NCBI GenBank assembly: GCA_043228905.1
Contig: JBHGNT010000585.1
Span: 1 to 19,950 of the forward strand
Source: Azolla caroliniana
Taxonomy: Eukaryota; Plantae; Polypodiophyta
Reading direction: 5' to 3'
DNA: 19,950 nt
A program made the position numbers and the translations under genes. Within the stretch, counting starts at the first letter, position 1. Every line of letters begins with the position of its first letter. Shown piece by piece: positions 19,597-19,950 of this stretch. The notes below the pieces were generated by a model. The model was not told the origin of the DNA, did no database searches, and was given only the letters and a program-made list of their open reading frames with translations.

Positions 19597-19950
19597 ATGG
19601 CAAAGCTTACTTCCGTATTCCTCATGGCCGTGATCATGCTCGCCGCGTGTACCGCGGCCAATGCTAGGTCTGTAGGGCGGGACCGTGAAGAGGAGCGACG
19701 CGATCGACGTCGTGAGGGAGACATTGACGAGGAGAGGCGCGACCGACGCCGAGAGGGGGAGTGCGATGACGAGAGGCGCGAGCGACGTCGTGAGGGGTTC
19801 CTTGAGGAGGGGCGCCGCTACAGAGACAACAAGAGAGACTCCGAAGAGGAAAGGGAACGTCGTAGCCGTGGTCGCGATGAGCCACGTGACGAGGAACTGA
19901 GGCGAGAGTGCGGTGATTTCATCGACAAGCAGATCCGAGAGCTACAAGAG
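19597..19950 (+). CDS. 2S-albumin-like storage protein precursor, 3'-truncated copy (residues 1-118)
   Basis: ATG GCA AAG CTT at 19597 (17945+1652); the frame stays open to the window end at ...RELQE. Confidence 0.85.
   Translation, partial: MAKLTSVFLMAVIMLAACTAANARSVGRDREEERRDRRREGDIDEERRDRRREGECDDERRERRREGFLEEGRRYRDNKRDSEEERERRSRGRDEPRDEELRRECGDFIDKQIRELQE

Larger units (their letters stand above)
1..19950 (+). repeat. Head-to-tail tandem array of a 1,652-bp gene-containing unit, about 12.1 copies, open at both window ends
   Basis: Every ORF in the track recurs at an exact +1652 offset (ATGs at 1428, 3080, 4732, 6384, 8036, then 9685 after one 1649-bp unit, 11337, 12989, 14641, 16293, 17945, 19597). 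The 261-aa translations are identical. Confidence 0.99.

Noticed and set aside
1-19950. Synthetic transgene concatemer or cDNA-derived (retroposed) repeat
   Set aside because: There are no vector, 35S/nos, linker or adapter sequences and no poly(A) tail (only an internal A8 at 763-770). The native upstream promoter is included, and lack of introns is normal for 2S albumin genes.

Overview
The whole 19,950-nt window is an uninterrupted head-to-tail tandem array of a 1,652-bp unit (about 12.1 copies, extending past both window edges). Each unit has one intronless 786-bp + strand ORF (261 aa) and an 866-bp spacer, giving 11 complete and 2 edge-truncated gene copies. The protein has an N-terminal signal peptide, a 13-aa tandem repeat region and an extreme Arg/Glu/Asp composition (hand count: 68 R, 49 E, 25 D). 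Its C...CC...xxC...C-x6-C skeleton (RECGDFI / PSERCC / EDRCDRL / QQCDLRPRAC) fits a plant 2S-albumin-type (prolamin superfamily) storage protein with the CxC motif reduced to DxC. The spacer carries a compact maturation-type promoter: G-box/ACGT elements, the RY element CATGCATG and a TATA box 77 nt upstream of the ATG. The copies appear identical except for one GAG-triplet deletion in a spacer microsatellite (about 9414-9425). Best reading: a highly amplified, homogenised array of an atypical, nitrogen-rich 2S-albumin-like storage gene from a land plant. The species cannot be determined, and an assembly or amplification artefact cannot be excluded without reads.
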